This document shows, piece after piece, positions 20,370 through 28,878 of a stretch of DNA of 64,000 nucleotides (position 1 is the first letter of the stretch; every line of letters begins with the position of its first letter). The notes beneath the pieces were generated by a model. The model worked only from the letters and a program-made list of their open reading frames with translations. It did not search any database and was not told the origin of the DNA. The position numbers were made by a program, and so were the translations under genes. Location of the stretch: the NCBI GenBank assembly GCA_003223415.1, contig QHUY01000015.1, forward strand, positions 109,819-173,818, written 5' to 3'. Source of the DNA: Gemmatimonadota bacterium. Lineage in GTDB: Bacteria > Gemmatimonadota > Gemmatimonadetes > Gemmatimonadales > GWC2-71-9.

Positions 20370-21874
20370 CGCCTCCCGCATCCCGCCCCCCGATTGTGGC
20401 GCTCCTGGCGCTGGTCATGGCCGCCTGCACGGCGTCGGGCAAGGACATGATCGCGCTCGAAGGGGCCACGCTTATCGACGGCTCGGGCGGGCCGCCCATC
20501 CAGGACGCGCTCATTCTCGTCAGGAGCAGGCACATCGAGGCGGTGGCGCGCGTGAACGAGATCAAGATCCCGCGAGGCGCCGAGCGGATCAGCCTGGTCG
20601 GCAAGACGATCATCCCGGGGCTCATCGACGCCCACGCCCACCTGACGCGCTGGGCCATTCCGCGCTACCTCGCCTGGGGCGTCACGACGGTGCGCGACCT
20701 CGGGAACGACAACGACACGGCGTTCGCGCTGAAGATCGAGCTGAACACCGGCTCTGTGCTGGGTCCGCGAATGTTCACGGCGGGGGCGATGATCGACGGG
20801 GTGCCGGCGACCTATGCCACCGCCACGGCGATCGCCACCGGCAGCGAGGCTCGCAAGGCGGTGGACCAGCGGGCATTGGCCGGCGCCGACTACCTGAAGA
20901 TCTACACCAAGATCACTGCCGAACTGCTGCGGCCGCTTGTGGACGAGGCAAGAACCTTGCGGCTCGGCGTGGCCGCGCACCTGGGCAAGACCGACGCGCT
21001 CACCGCCGCGAAGGCGGGCGTGATCTCGCTCGAGCACATGGCCGGGGTAGTGCAGGCGGCGGCTCACAACCCGCGGGCCTATCTCGTGGCGCACAATCAG
21101 TTCCTGGCTGGGTGGACTCTCGAGGAGCAGGGCTGGGCGTCGCTCGATTCCGTGACTGTCGCCCGAACCGCGCGGGCGCTCGCGGCCACGCACGTGGCCA
21201 TCGTGCCGACGCTGGTGCTGCACGAGACGCTGGCGCACCTGAGCGACACCGCTCTGCTCTCGCGCCCCGCGATGGCCGATGTGCCCGCCGACTCCGGGAA
21301 TGTGGTCCGACAGGTGGCCAGCCTGCTGCGGCGCAGCAACTGGCGCCCGAGCGATTTCGCGGCCTTCCGCCGCTCCCGGCCGGTGCAGGACCGTTTCGTG
21401 CGCGAGTTTAGGCGCGCCGGGGGCCTCGTCGCTGTCGGCACCGACGCCGCCAACCAGCTGCTCATCCCGGGGGAGGCGTTGCACGAGGAGCTGGCGCTGC
21501 TCGTGGCCGCGGGTTTTACGCCGGTCGAAGCGATCACCGCGGCCACGCGCCGCAACGCCGAGCTGTTGCACGCCGACTCGCTCGGCCGGGTGGCCGCGGG
21601 CAAGGTAGCCGATCTCGTGGTGCTCAACGCCAACCCGGCTGACCAGGGAGGAGGAGGGGGGGGCGGGGGAGGGGGGAGCATCGCCGCCACCCGGAACATC
21701 GCCTGGGTCATGACCCGGGGCCGCATCGTGCGACCCGATTCCCTGAGGGCCGAATGGAAAACGCGTTGCCGCGGTACGGGGCGGTCGCCTTGCTCCTGGT
21801 GGCCGCGTGTGTCCGGCCGGCCGACCGGGCGGGGGGCGCGGGGGGGGGGGCCGCGACCTACGACAAGATCCTGA
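20366..21874 (+). CDS. secreted amidohydrolase
   Basis: Start MTPPASRPPIVALLALVMAAC. GLIDAHAHL metal-binding motif. The 3' end is uncertain because the last approx. 40 codons overlap the next gene and look non-native. Confidence 0.8.
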   Translation: MTPPASRPPIVALLALVMAACTASGKDMIALEGATLIDGSGGPPIQDALILVRSRHIEAVARVNEIKIPRGAERISLVGKTIIPGLIDAHAHLTRWAIPRYLAWGVTTVRDLGNDNDTAFALKIELNTGSVLGPRMFTAGAMIDGVPATYATATAIATGSEARKAVDQRALAGADYLKIYTKITAELLRPLVDEARTLRLGVAAHLGKTDALTAAKAGVISLEHMAGVVQAAAHNPRAYLVAHNQFLAGWTLEEQGWASLDSVTVARTARALAATHVAIVPTLVLHETLAHLSDTALLSRPAMADVPADSGNVVRQVASLLRRSNWRPSDFAAFRRSRPVQDRFVREFRRAGGLVAVGTDAANQLLIPGEALHEELALLVAAGFTPVEAITAATRRNAELLHADSLGRVAAGKVADLVVLNANPADQGGGGGGGGGGSIAATRNIAWVMTRGRIVRPDSLRAEWKTRCRGTGRSPCSWWPRVSGRPTGRGARGGGPRPTTRS

Positions 21875-23484
21875 AGGGCGGCTGGATCGTGGATGGCACC
21901 GGCAACCCGCGCTGGCGCGGCGACGTGGCCGTCTCCGGCGATCACATCGCGGCCGTGGGCTTCCTCCGCACCGCGCAGGCCCGCGAGACCCTGGACGTCT
22001 CAGGCCTCGTCGTGGCCCCCGGGTTCATCGATATGCTCGGCCAGTCGGAGACCAACGTCCTGATCGACAACCGGGCCGTGAGCAAGATCACCCAGGGGAT
22101 CACCACCGAGGTAACGGGCGAGGGCGGCTCGGTCGCCCCGCTGACCGATACGCTCGTGGCGCTCGACTCGGAGTTCATGAAGAAGTACCACTTGAGTGAG
22201 GACTGGCGGGACCTGGACGGCTACTTCGCCCACCTCACCCGCACCGGCTCGGCGATCAATATCGCAACATTCGTCGGGGCGACCCAGGTGCGGGCCGCCG
22301 TTGTCGGCTTCCAGAATCGCCGCGCCACGGCGGCCGAGCTCGCGCACATGACGGCGCTGGTCGACACGATGATGCAGCAGGGCGCGTTGGGCGTCTCGAC
22401 GGCACTGCTGTACGCTCCCGCCATCTACGCCCCCACCGAAGAGCTGGTCGCCCTGGCGAAGGCCGCGCGGCGCCGCGGGGGGATCTACGCGAGCCACATC
22501 CGCAACGAGGCCGCGCATGAGGACGTCGCGCTCGATGAGGCGTTCCGCATCGGGCGCGAGGCGAACATCCCTGTGGAGATCTGGCACCTCAAGGTGTCGG
22601 GCAAGCCGCGCTGGGGCCGGATGCCGCACATCCTGGCGAAGATCGACTCGGCGCGGGCGGCGGGTCTGGACGTCACCGCCGACCAGTACTCCTACATCGC
22701 CGCCGCCACCTCGCTCGACGCGTCGATCCCGCAGTGGGCGCACTCGGGGGGGATGGACTCGCTCATCGTGCGGCTGAAGGACCCCCCGACGCGCGTCCGG
22801 ATCCACCAGGAGATGCTGCGCCCCGCGCTGGGGGACGAGAGCACCTACGAGAACGCTGGAGGGGCCGACGGCATCCTGATCGCCGGCCCGTTCCAGGACT
22901 CGCTGCACTATCTCGACGGCCGGCGGCTCTCAGAGATCGCCCGCGCGCGCCACGCCGACCCGATCGAGACCCTGTTCGACATCGTGATCGCCGACCACAC
23001 TCGCACCGGGGCGATCTATTTCACCATGAGCGAGCCGGACGTGCAGGAGGCAATGAAGACGTGGTGGGTCGCGGTGGACTGCGATGCGGGCGGCGTCGCC
23101 CCCGACGGACCCTTCGGCAAGGACGGCACCCACCCGCGGGCGTACGGCAGCTTCGCCCGCATCCTGGGCCACTACGTCCGCGAGCTGAAGCTCCTGCCGC
23201 TCGAGTTCGCAGTCCGGAAGATGACGTCCCTCGCGGCGCAGCGCGTGGGCCTCAAGGACCGCGGGCTGGTGCGACCCGGGATGTACGCGGACATCACGGT
23301 GTTCGACCCCGCGACCGTCGCCGACCGGGCGACGTTCGAGCGGCCGCATCAGCCGTCGGTGGGGTTCGCATACGTGCTCGTGAACGGACAGGTAGTGGTG
23401 GACCACGGCACGGTGACGGCCGCGCGTCCGGGACGCGGGCTGCGGGGCCCGGGGTTCATACCGCCGGAGCGGCGGGGGAGGTGA
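21754..23484 (+). CDS. N-acyl-D-amino-acid deacylase (D-aminoacylase) family amidohydrolase
   Basis: Lipoprotein-like N-terminus (LLLVAAC). GGWIVDGTGNP..GDVAV.GD.I..VG, GFIDMLGQSE, ASHIRNE and DQYSY motifs. Confidence 0.8.
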   Translation: MENALPRYGAVALLLVAACVRPADRAGGAGGGAATYDKILKGGWIVDGTGNPRWRGDVAVSGDHIAAVGFLRTAQARETLDVSGLVVAPGFIDMLGQSETNVLIDNRAVSKITQGITTEVTGEGGSVAPLTDTLVALDSEFMKKYHLSEDWRDLDGYFAHLTRTGSAINIATFVGATQVRAAVVGFQNRRATAAELAHMTALVDTMMQQGALGVSTALLYAPAIYAPTEELVALAKAARRRGGIYASHIRNEAAHEDVALDEAFRIGREANIPVEIWHLKVSGKPRWGRMPHILAKIDSARAAGLDVTADQYSYIAAATSLDASIPQWAHSGGMDSLIVRLKDPPTRVRIHQEMLRPALGDESTYENAGGADGILIAGPFQDSLHYLDGRRLSEIARARHADPIETLFDIVIADHTRTGAIYFTMSEPDVQEAMKTWWVAVDCDAGGVAPDGPFGKDGTHPRAYGSFARILGHYVRELKLLPLEFAVRKMTSLAAQRVGLKDRGLVRPGMYADITVFDPATVADRATFERPHQPSVGFAYVLVNGQVVVDHGTVTAARPGRGLRGPGFIPPERRGR

Positions 23485-23858
23485 GCCTCGGCCGGCTGCT
23501 GCTCGCGTGGCTGCCGGTGGCCGCACTGTTCGTCGTCGCGCCGCCGATCGGCGACCGCTGGGAGGGGGTCGTCGGCCAGGGCTATTTCGTCTGGTCATAC
23601 AGTCGCTGGGAAGTCTGGTGGCGCCTGGTCGAGGCTGCGGTGGTCGTGCTCTTCGGCTCGCTCTGGTTTGATACGTTGGGCGCCGGCGGCTGGGGCGTGC
23701 TGTTCTTCCTTGTCGGGCTCCTCGTCGCCTTCCCGCGCCGGCTCGTGATGTGGCAGTACGTCGAGCCGCCCCGACGGCGGGCCCTGCTCGTCCATGCCGG
23801 GCTCGACGTGGCCCGCTATGTCGCGGCCGGCGGCCTCCTCGCCTGGAGGCTTGGCTAA
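23481..23858 (+). CDS. hypothetical small membrane protein
   Basis: GTG start overlapping the upstream stop (GTGA), with GGGGAG just upstream. About 3-4 hydrophobic helices. Confidence 0.5.
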   Translation: MSLGRLLLAWLPVAALFVVAPPIGDRWEGVVGQGYFVWSYSRWEVWWRLVEAAVVVLFGSLWFDTLGAGGWGVLFFLVGLLVAFPRRLVMWQYVEPPRRRALLVHAGLDVARYVAAGGLLAWRLG

Positions 23859-23889
23859 CGGCGGGCTTCGGGTCCATCTTCCGTCCACC

Positions 23890-24951
23890 ATGTCGTCACA
23901 ACCCAAGACCACCGTCCGGCTGACCGCCTACTCGCACGGCGCGGGCTGAGCCTGCAAGCTCGGCCCCGCCGAGTTGGCGCAGGTCTTGCGCCACGTGCCC
24001 GCCGCGACGGATCCCCGGATCCTCGTCGACGCCGCCACCCGCGACGACGCCGCCGTGTTTCGCCTCTCGGCCGACCGCGCGATCGTGGCGACGGTGGACT
24101 TCTTCACGCCCATCGTGGACGACGCGTATGACTTCGGGCGCATCGCGGCCGCGAACGCCTTCTCCGACGTGTACGCGATGGGGGCAACACCCCTGTTCGC
24201 CCTGAACCTGGTCGGCTGGCCGCGCGACACGCTGCCCTACGACCTGCTGGGCGACGTGCTGCGGGGCGGGGCGGACGTGGCGCGGGAGGCGGGCGCGTTC
24301 GTGTTGGGAGGGCATTCCATCGACGATCCCGAGCCGAAGTACGGCATGGTGGCGATCGGGGAAGTGCACCCCGACCGGATCGTGACCAACGCCGGGGCGC
24401 TGCCCGGTGATGCGTTGGTGCTGACCAAGCCGATCGGCACGGGCGTGCTCGCCACCGCCCTGAAGCGAGACCTGCTCGACGGCGCCGCGATCGCGCCCGC
24501 GGTGGCCGTGATGACCACGCTCAACGCCGGTGCCGCGCGCGCGCTGCGCGCGGTCCGGGCCCACGCCGCCACCGACGTGACCGGCTTCGGGCTGCTGGGC
24601 CACCTGCACAACCTGCTCGCGGCGAGCGGCGCGGCGGCCGAGATGGCCGCCGCCGCCGTCCCCGTGCTGGCCCGCGCGGCCGAGATGGTCGGGCGCGGCG
24701 CCGTGCCCGGTGGCACCAAGCGCAATCGGGAAAGCCTCGAGCGGGAGGACGCCGTCTCCTGGAGACCCGGCGTTCCGGAAGTCGAGCGGGTGTTGCTGTG
24801 CGATGCCCAGACGTCGGGCGGTCTGCTCATCGCCCTGCCGGAGCGGGATGTTCCCGCCCTGGTGGCCGCCTTAGAGAAGGAAGGGACGCCGGCGGCGGCG
24901 GTCATCGGACGGGTCGTCACGGGGCACCCGGGCACGATCGCGGTGACCTAG
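23890..24951 (+). CDS. selD: selenide, water dikinase (selenophosphate synthetase), selenocysteine-containing form
   Basis: ATG at 23890 gives MSSQPKTTVRLTAYSHGAG-U-ACKLGPAEL, with an in-frame TGA at 23947-23949 at the position of the catalytic Cys/Sec of the SelD N-terminal loop. It continues in frame into track ORF 23974..24951 (AIR synthase-like fold). Confidence 0.9.
23954..23978 (+). promoter_or_regulatory. SECIS-like hairpin downstream of the selD UGA
   Basis: Perfect stem ctcggc/gccgag (23959-64 / 23968-73) with loop ccc. It extends to 11 pairs with one mismatch and starts 5 nt after the UGA. Confidence 0.5.
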
Positions 24952-24976
24952 CGCCTCCCCTCTCACTCGCCTTCCC

Positions 24977-25213
24977 GTGGCCGCAATCCCCGAGTACCGC
25001 GCCCTTACGCCCGACGCGCTCGATGCGCTCGAGAGCGCGGTGCGCGAGCATCGCAGGGTGGCGCTGGTGCGCCGGGGCACCGAATATGTGGTGGTCGCCG
25101 AGCGGCTCGAGACGGCGGACCGGGACGAGCTCCTGGAGGGGAGATTGCCGATGACGGGTGAAGTGCTGGCGTTCCGGCTGCGCGACCTCGAGCGGTTCGC
25201 GGTCCTCCCGTGA
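24977..25213 (+). CDS. hypothetical 78-aa protein
   Basis: GTG start and high GC3. Tightly packed between selD and the USP gene. No recognisable motif. Confidence 0.4.
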   Translation: MAAIPEYRALTPDALDALESAVREHRRVALVRRGTEYVVVAERLETADRDELLEGRLPMTGEVLAFRLRDLERFAVLP

Positions 25214-25220
25214 GGGCCCC

Positions 25221-25985
25221 ATGTTCACACGCCTGCTGATTGGTCTCGACGGCAGTCCCCGGGCGGACGCAGCCCTGGAGCAGGCGGTCCAGCTGGGGCA
25301 ACGCTTCGGGGCCACGCTGGTCGCGGCGACCGTGCGCGAGGCACACGGGGGCGAGGGGGGAGGGGGGGGCGGCGGGGCCGCCCTGCTCGCGCGCGCCAAG
25401 GAGCGCGTCGACGCAGCGGGGCTCGCGGTCGAGCTGGTCGAGCGGGAAGGCAGCCCCGACCTCGTGCTGGCCGAGCTCGCGAAGACGGTGGATGCGGTCT
25501 TGGTGGGGCGACGTGGTAGCGCGACCGCGGCCGACGCGCTCGGCCCCACCGTCAGCTCGCTGATCACGATCGCCGAGAAGTGCGTCATCGTGTGCGGTGG
25601 AGCCCCCTCGCCGATGCAGTCTTGCGCGGTGGCGTTCGACGGCGGCGACACCAGCCGGCGGGCGCTCGACCTCGCGGCGCGCTTCGCCAGCATCTTCGAG
25701 AGCACCGTGCACGTGATTCACGCCACCCCGGACCATGAGGCCGGCGTGCGGGTGGTCGGCACCGCCGAGGCCGTCCTCTCGATGCTCGGCGTGTCGTTCG
25801 TGACGCACATCGAAGGGGGCTCGCCGGGCGAGGTGGTGGCCCGGGTGATCGCGCGGACCAAGTGCGACGCCCTGTTCGCCGGCGCGCACCTGGAGCGTCG
25901 GTCGGGCCGTCCCAGCCAACCCGTGGTCTCCCACGCCGAGGAAATCCTGCGGCACACCGACATCCCGGTCGTGATCCAGCCCTGA
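25221..25985 (+). CDS. universal stress protein (tandem Usp domains)
   Basis: Start MFTRLLIGLDGSPRADAAL. A second Usp repeat (CAVAFDGGDTSRRAL...PVVIQP). Confidence 0.8.
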   Translation: MFTRLLIGLDGSPRADAALEQAVQLGQRFGATLVAATVREAHGGEGGGGGGGAALLARAKERVDAAGLAVELVEREGSPDLVLAELAKTVDAVLVGRRGSATAADALGPTVSSLITIAEKCVIVCGGAPSPMQSCAVAFDGGDTSRRALDLAARFASIFESTVHVIHATPDHEAGVRVVGTAEAVLSMLGVSFVTHIEGGSPGEVVARVIARTKCDALFAGAHLERRSGRPSQPVVSHAEEILRHTDIPVVIQP

Positions 25986-26572
25986 TGCCCGACGCGACGG
26001 GGATCCACGTGTTGGTCCACGCCGACGAGAGCTGCCTGGGGAACGATTCCACCAAGCCCAGTCCGGGCGGCAACGGGGCGCTCATCGAGGCCCCGGCCGG
26101 CGACAGTGTCGCTCGCTGGGATTTTTACGAGTGCTCCCCCCAGACGACGAACAACAGGATGGCCATCGCCGGCGCGATCGCGGCGCTCGAGTGGATCCGC
26201 CGCCAGTGGGCACACGCGCGCGTGCGGTACGTCTCCGACTCCGAATACCTGGTGAAGGGCGTGACCCAGTGGTTGCCGGCCTGGGAGCAGAAGGGATGGA
26301 AGCGCAAAGGCGGGGAACTCCAGAACGTGGAGCTGTGGCAGAAGCTCGCCCAGGTCGTCCGGGCGCATCACGTGGGGTGGCGTTGGGTTCGGGGTCATGA
26401 CGACAACCCCAAGAACGAGTACGCCGATCATCTCGCGGTGCGCGCCGCCGAGCGCCAGGAGCGCTCCAACGGCCTGCTCCCGTCAGGGTTCGACACCTGG
26501 CTCGCTCAGCAGCGCGCGCGGGGCAAGTACGGGGACTACGACCCCGACGGGCAGGTGCATGAGCGTCTTTAA
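25985..26572 (+). CDS. rnhA: ribonuclease HI
   Basis: ATG overlaps the upstream TGA. Motifs HADESCLGN, TNNRMAIAGAIAALE, DSEYLV and GHDDNPKNEYADHLA. Confidence 0.85.
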   Translation: MPDATGIHVLVHADESCLGNDSTKPSPGGNGALIEAPAGDSVARWDFYECSPQTTNNRMAIAGAIAALEWIRRQWAHARVRYVSDSEYLVKGVTQWLPAWEQKGWKRKGGELQNVELWQKLAQVVRAHHVGWRWVRGHDDNPKNEYADHLAVRAAERQERSNGLLPSGFDTWLAQQRARGKYGDYDPDGQVHERL

Positions 26573-27062
26573 GGACGGTGTCCCCGCGAACACGCATTTC
26601 TTGAACCTGTTGCCCACCGGTGTGTCCGCTCCGCCGGTCGAGCGGATTCCGCTGTACGAGGTCTACATGCGGATGGCCGAGGAGCTCGCCAAGCGCTCCA
26701 CCTGCGCGCGGCTCCAGGTGGGCACCGTGGTCACCGACCAGGTGCTCGAGAACGTCCTCGCGATCGGCTACAACGGAAATGCCCGCGGGCTCGCCAACAC
26801 GTGCGACTCGACCGTGCCGGGGAACTGCGGCTGCATCCATTCGGAGATGAACGCGCTCGTCAAGGCGCCGGGCAACGTGCGCGACAAGGTCATGTTCATC
26901 AGTGCCTCGCCGTGCGTGATGTGCGCCAAGCTGATTATCAACTCGGGGGTCACCCACGTCTTCTACCGGAAAGCCTACCGCGACCCGTCGGGGATCGAAG
27001 TGCTCCAGCAGGGGGGCATCGTGCCGGTGCTGTACGATCGCTGGGTGCGGGAGTGGAGATAA
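26559..27062 (+). CDS. dCMP deaminase (ComEB-type cytidine/deoxycytidylate deaminase)
   Basis: CIHSEMNA and SPCVMCAKLI zinc motifs. The start MSVFKD at 26559 overlaps the rnhA end by 14 nt. Confidence 0.8.
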   Translation: MSVFKDGVPANTHFLNLLPTGVSAPPVERIPLYEVYMRMAEELAKRSTCARLQVGTVVTDQVLENVLAIGYNGNARGLANTCDSTVPGNCGCIHSEMNALVKAPGNVRDKVMFISASPCVMCAKLIINSGVTHVFYRKAYRDPSGIEVLQQGGIVPVLYDRWVREWR

Positions 27063-27063
27063 T

Positions 27064-27094
27064 GCAGATTGCGGATTGCGGATTGGGGAATGGC
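27064..27094. repeat. tandem GATTGCG/GCGGATT heptamer array (single arm)
   Basis: gcagattgcggattgcggattggggaatgg begins 2 nt after the dCMP deaminase stop. It has the same unit and the same ggaatgg end as the left arm of the 34423-34509 hairpin. Confidence 0.7.
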
Positions 27095-27141
27095 AAGGAG
27101 AGTCCTGAGTGCACGAATCCTACTGCCCCGAGGAGCCCTGC

Positions 27142-28191
27142 ATGAGATCGTTTCTCCCGGTCGCCCTTACCTTACTCGGCACGCCGCTCGCGGCCCAGTC
27201 GCTGCTGTACCGCTCGCCCAATCTGGGCGGCACCTGGACGCCCGATGGCGGCGTCGTTCAGTTCAACTTCGCGCACCGCTTCTACGTCTTTCCCGCCCCC
27301 AGTCACGCCGTAGTGAACTACCCCAGCTTCACGCTCGCCGCCGGCATCGGCCGCAGCCTCGCGGTGGGCTGGCACTTCGGCACCCACACCGTGGTGCAGG
27401 GCGCACTGTCCTCCAACGAGAGCGAGTTCTACGGCCGCTACCGGTGGGGCGCCGCCGAGGGGGCGACGGGGTTTGCGGTGGCGCTCACCCCGGCGTACAA
27501 CGCCGCCGCCAAGAGCGTGGACGGGGAGGTGGGGGTGGACTGGACGTCCGGCCCGATCACGCTCGAGGGGGTCGCCCGCGTGACGCAGAAGCCGCTCGGG
27601 CACTCGGGCGGCGCCAAGGGCGCGTTCGCCGGCGGGATCGTGGCGCGACTCACCGAATACGTCGCGGTGAGCGCGGACGTGGGCTCGTTCGTCAGTCCCA
27701 CGACGGTGGCGACCTGGGGCGCGGCGATCAGCGTCGTGATCCCCGGCTCGCCGCACACCTTCTCGCTCCAGACCAGCAACGCCGCCGTCAACACCATTCA
27801 AGGCAACTCGCGGGGCACGAACCAGCGGCGCTACGGGTTCGAGTTCACCATCCCGCTCCACCTGCGGAGGTTCAGCCCCTGGTTCCACCGCCCCGAGCAC
27901 GCCATCCGCACCAACCAGCCGCTCGTGAACCTCGCCGCGGCCGCGGAGGTGGTGATCGAGGGCATCCGGTTCTGGACCGATACGGTCACGATTTCCGCCG
28001 GCCAGGCCGTGAAATGGGTGAACCGCGACAACCTGGAGCACACCGTCACTTTCGACGCGCGCAATGCCGCCCGCCTCTCGGGTTCCCTCCCGCCCAAGGG
28101 CGAGCTCGCCATCCAGTTCGACCAGCCGGGAACGTACGCGTATCACTGCACGCCCCATCCGACTATGAAAGGCGTGGTGGTCGTAAAGTGA
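27142..28191 (+). CDS. secreted two-domain protein: N-terminal beta-rich (porin/DUF5777-like?) domain fused to a C-terminal type-1 copper cupredoxin
   Basis: Signal peptide MRSFLPVALTLLGTPLAAQS. The C-terminal approx. 95 aa read ISAGQAVKWVNRDNLEHTVTF...GTYAYHCTPHPTMKGVVVV, giving His, Cys-x2-His-x2-Met copper ligands. Confidence 0.7.
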   Translation: MRSFLPVALTLLGTPLAAQSLLYRSPNLGGTWTPDGGVVQFNFAHRFYVFPAPSHAVVNYPSFTLAAGIGRSLAVGWHFGTHTVVQGALSSNESEFYGRYRWGAAEGATGFAVALTPAYNAAAKSVDGEVGVDWTSGPITLEGVARVTQKPLGHSGGAKGAFAGGIVARLTEYVAVSADVGSFVSPTTVATWGAAISVVIPGSPHTFSLQTSNAAVNTIQGNSRGTNQRRYGFEFTIPLHLRRFSPWFHRPEHAIRTNQPLVNLAAAAEVVIEGIRFWTDTVTISAGQAVKWVNRDNLEHTVTFDARNAARLSGSLPPKGELAIQFDQPGTYAYHCTPHPTMKGVVVVK

Positions 28192-28215
28192 GCGGAGAGC
28201 GGGAGGGATCGGCGC

Positions 28216-28878
28216 GTGGATGAGTTGGATCGTCTCTTCGAGCGGCTGGTGGCGGTGCTGGTCAAGGACGCGCGGCTCGCCGTGCCCTTCCCCGCCGCCG
28301 ACGTGTACGAGCGGCTCGTGCCCTACCGCTCCAACCGCTCGCACCTGCGGGTCGCCACGCACCAGGACTACGAGATGGCGGTGCTGCGGCTGCTCGCGGG
28401 CGAGCGCGGCTACGTCCGGCTCGAGCCGGACGACGTGCGGGAGGCGATGCAGCGCGAGGTCATCGCGGTGAACCCTGATCCCACCATGTTCCGGACCTTC
28501 CCCGACGCCCGGGTGATGATCAACCGGCTCGCCGCCGAGCGGTTTCTGCGCGGCGAGGCGGCCTACGCGCCGCCGGTCGAAGAGGAAGAGGAGCCCGCGA
28601 GTTGGACCTCGGAAAACCCGATTCCGCCGGCCCCCGTGACCTCTGCTCGTGCCCCCTCCCCCGACACGCCGTTCGAGCTGGCGGAGGACGAGGAGACGCC
28701 GGGCCGGCAGTGCGCGTACTGCGGCGGCGTGCTCCCCCGCAACCGCAAGATCAATTTCTGCCCGCACTGTGGCCAGCCGCCGTCGGGGGAGGAGCTGAAA
28801 TGTCCGGCGTGCGGCGCCGAAGTGGACGTGGGCTGGGCCTACTGCGTGAGCTGCGGCCGCGCGACGGGGTTCGAGTGA
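28216..28878 (+). CDS. hypothetical protein with a C-terminal double zinc ribbon
   Basis: GTG start. C-terminus CAYCGG...CPHCG...CPACGA...CVSCG. Confidence 0.55.
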   Translation: MDELDRLFERLVAVLVKDARLAVPFPAADVYERLVPYRSNRSHLRVATHQDYEMAVLRLLAGERGYVRLEPDDVREAMQREVIAVNPDPTMFRTFPDARVMINRLAAERFLRGEAAYAPPVEEEEEPASWTSENPIPPAPVTSARAPSPDTPFELAEDEETPGRQCAYCGGVLPRNRKINFCPHCGQPPSGEELKCPACGAEVDVGWAYCVSCGRATGFE

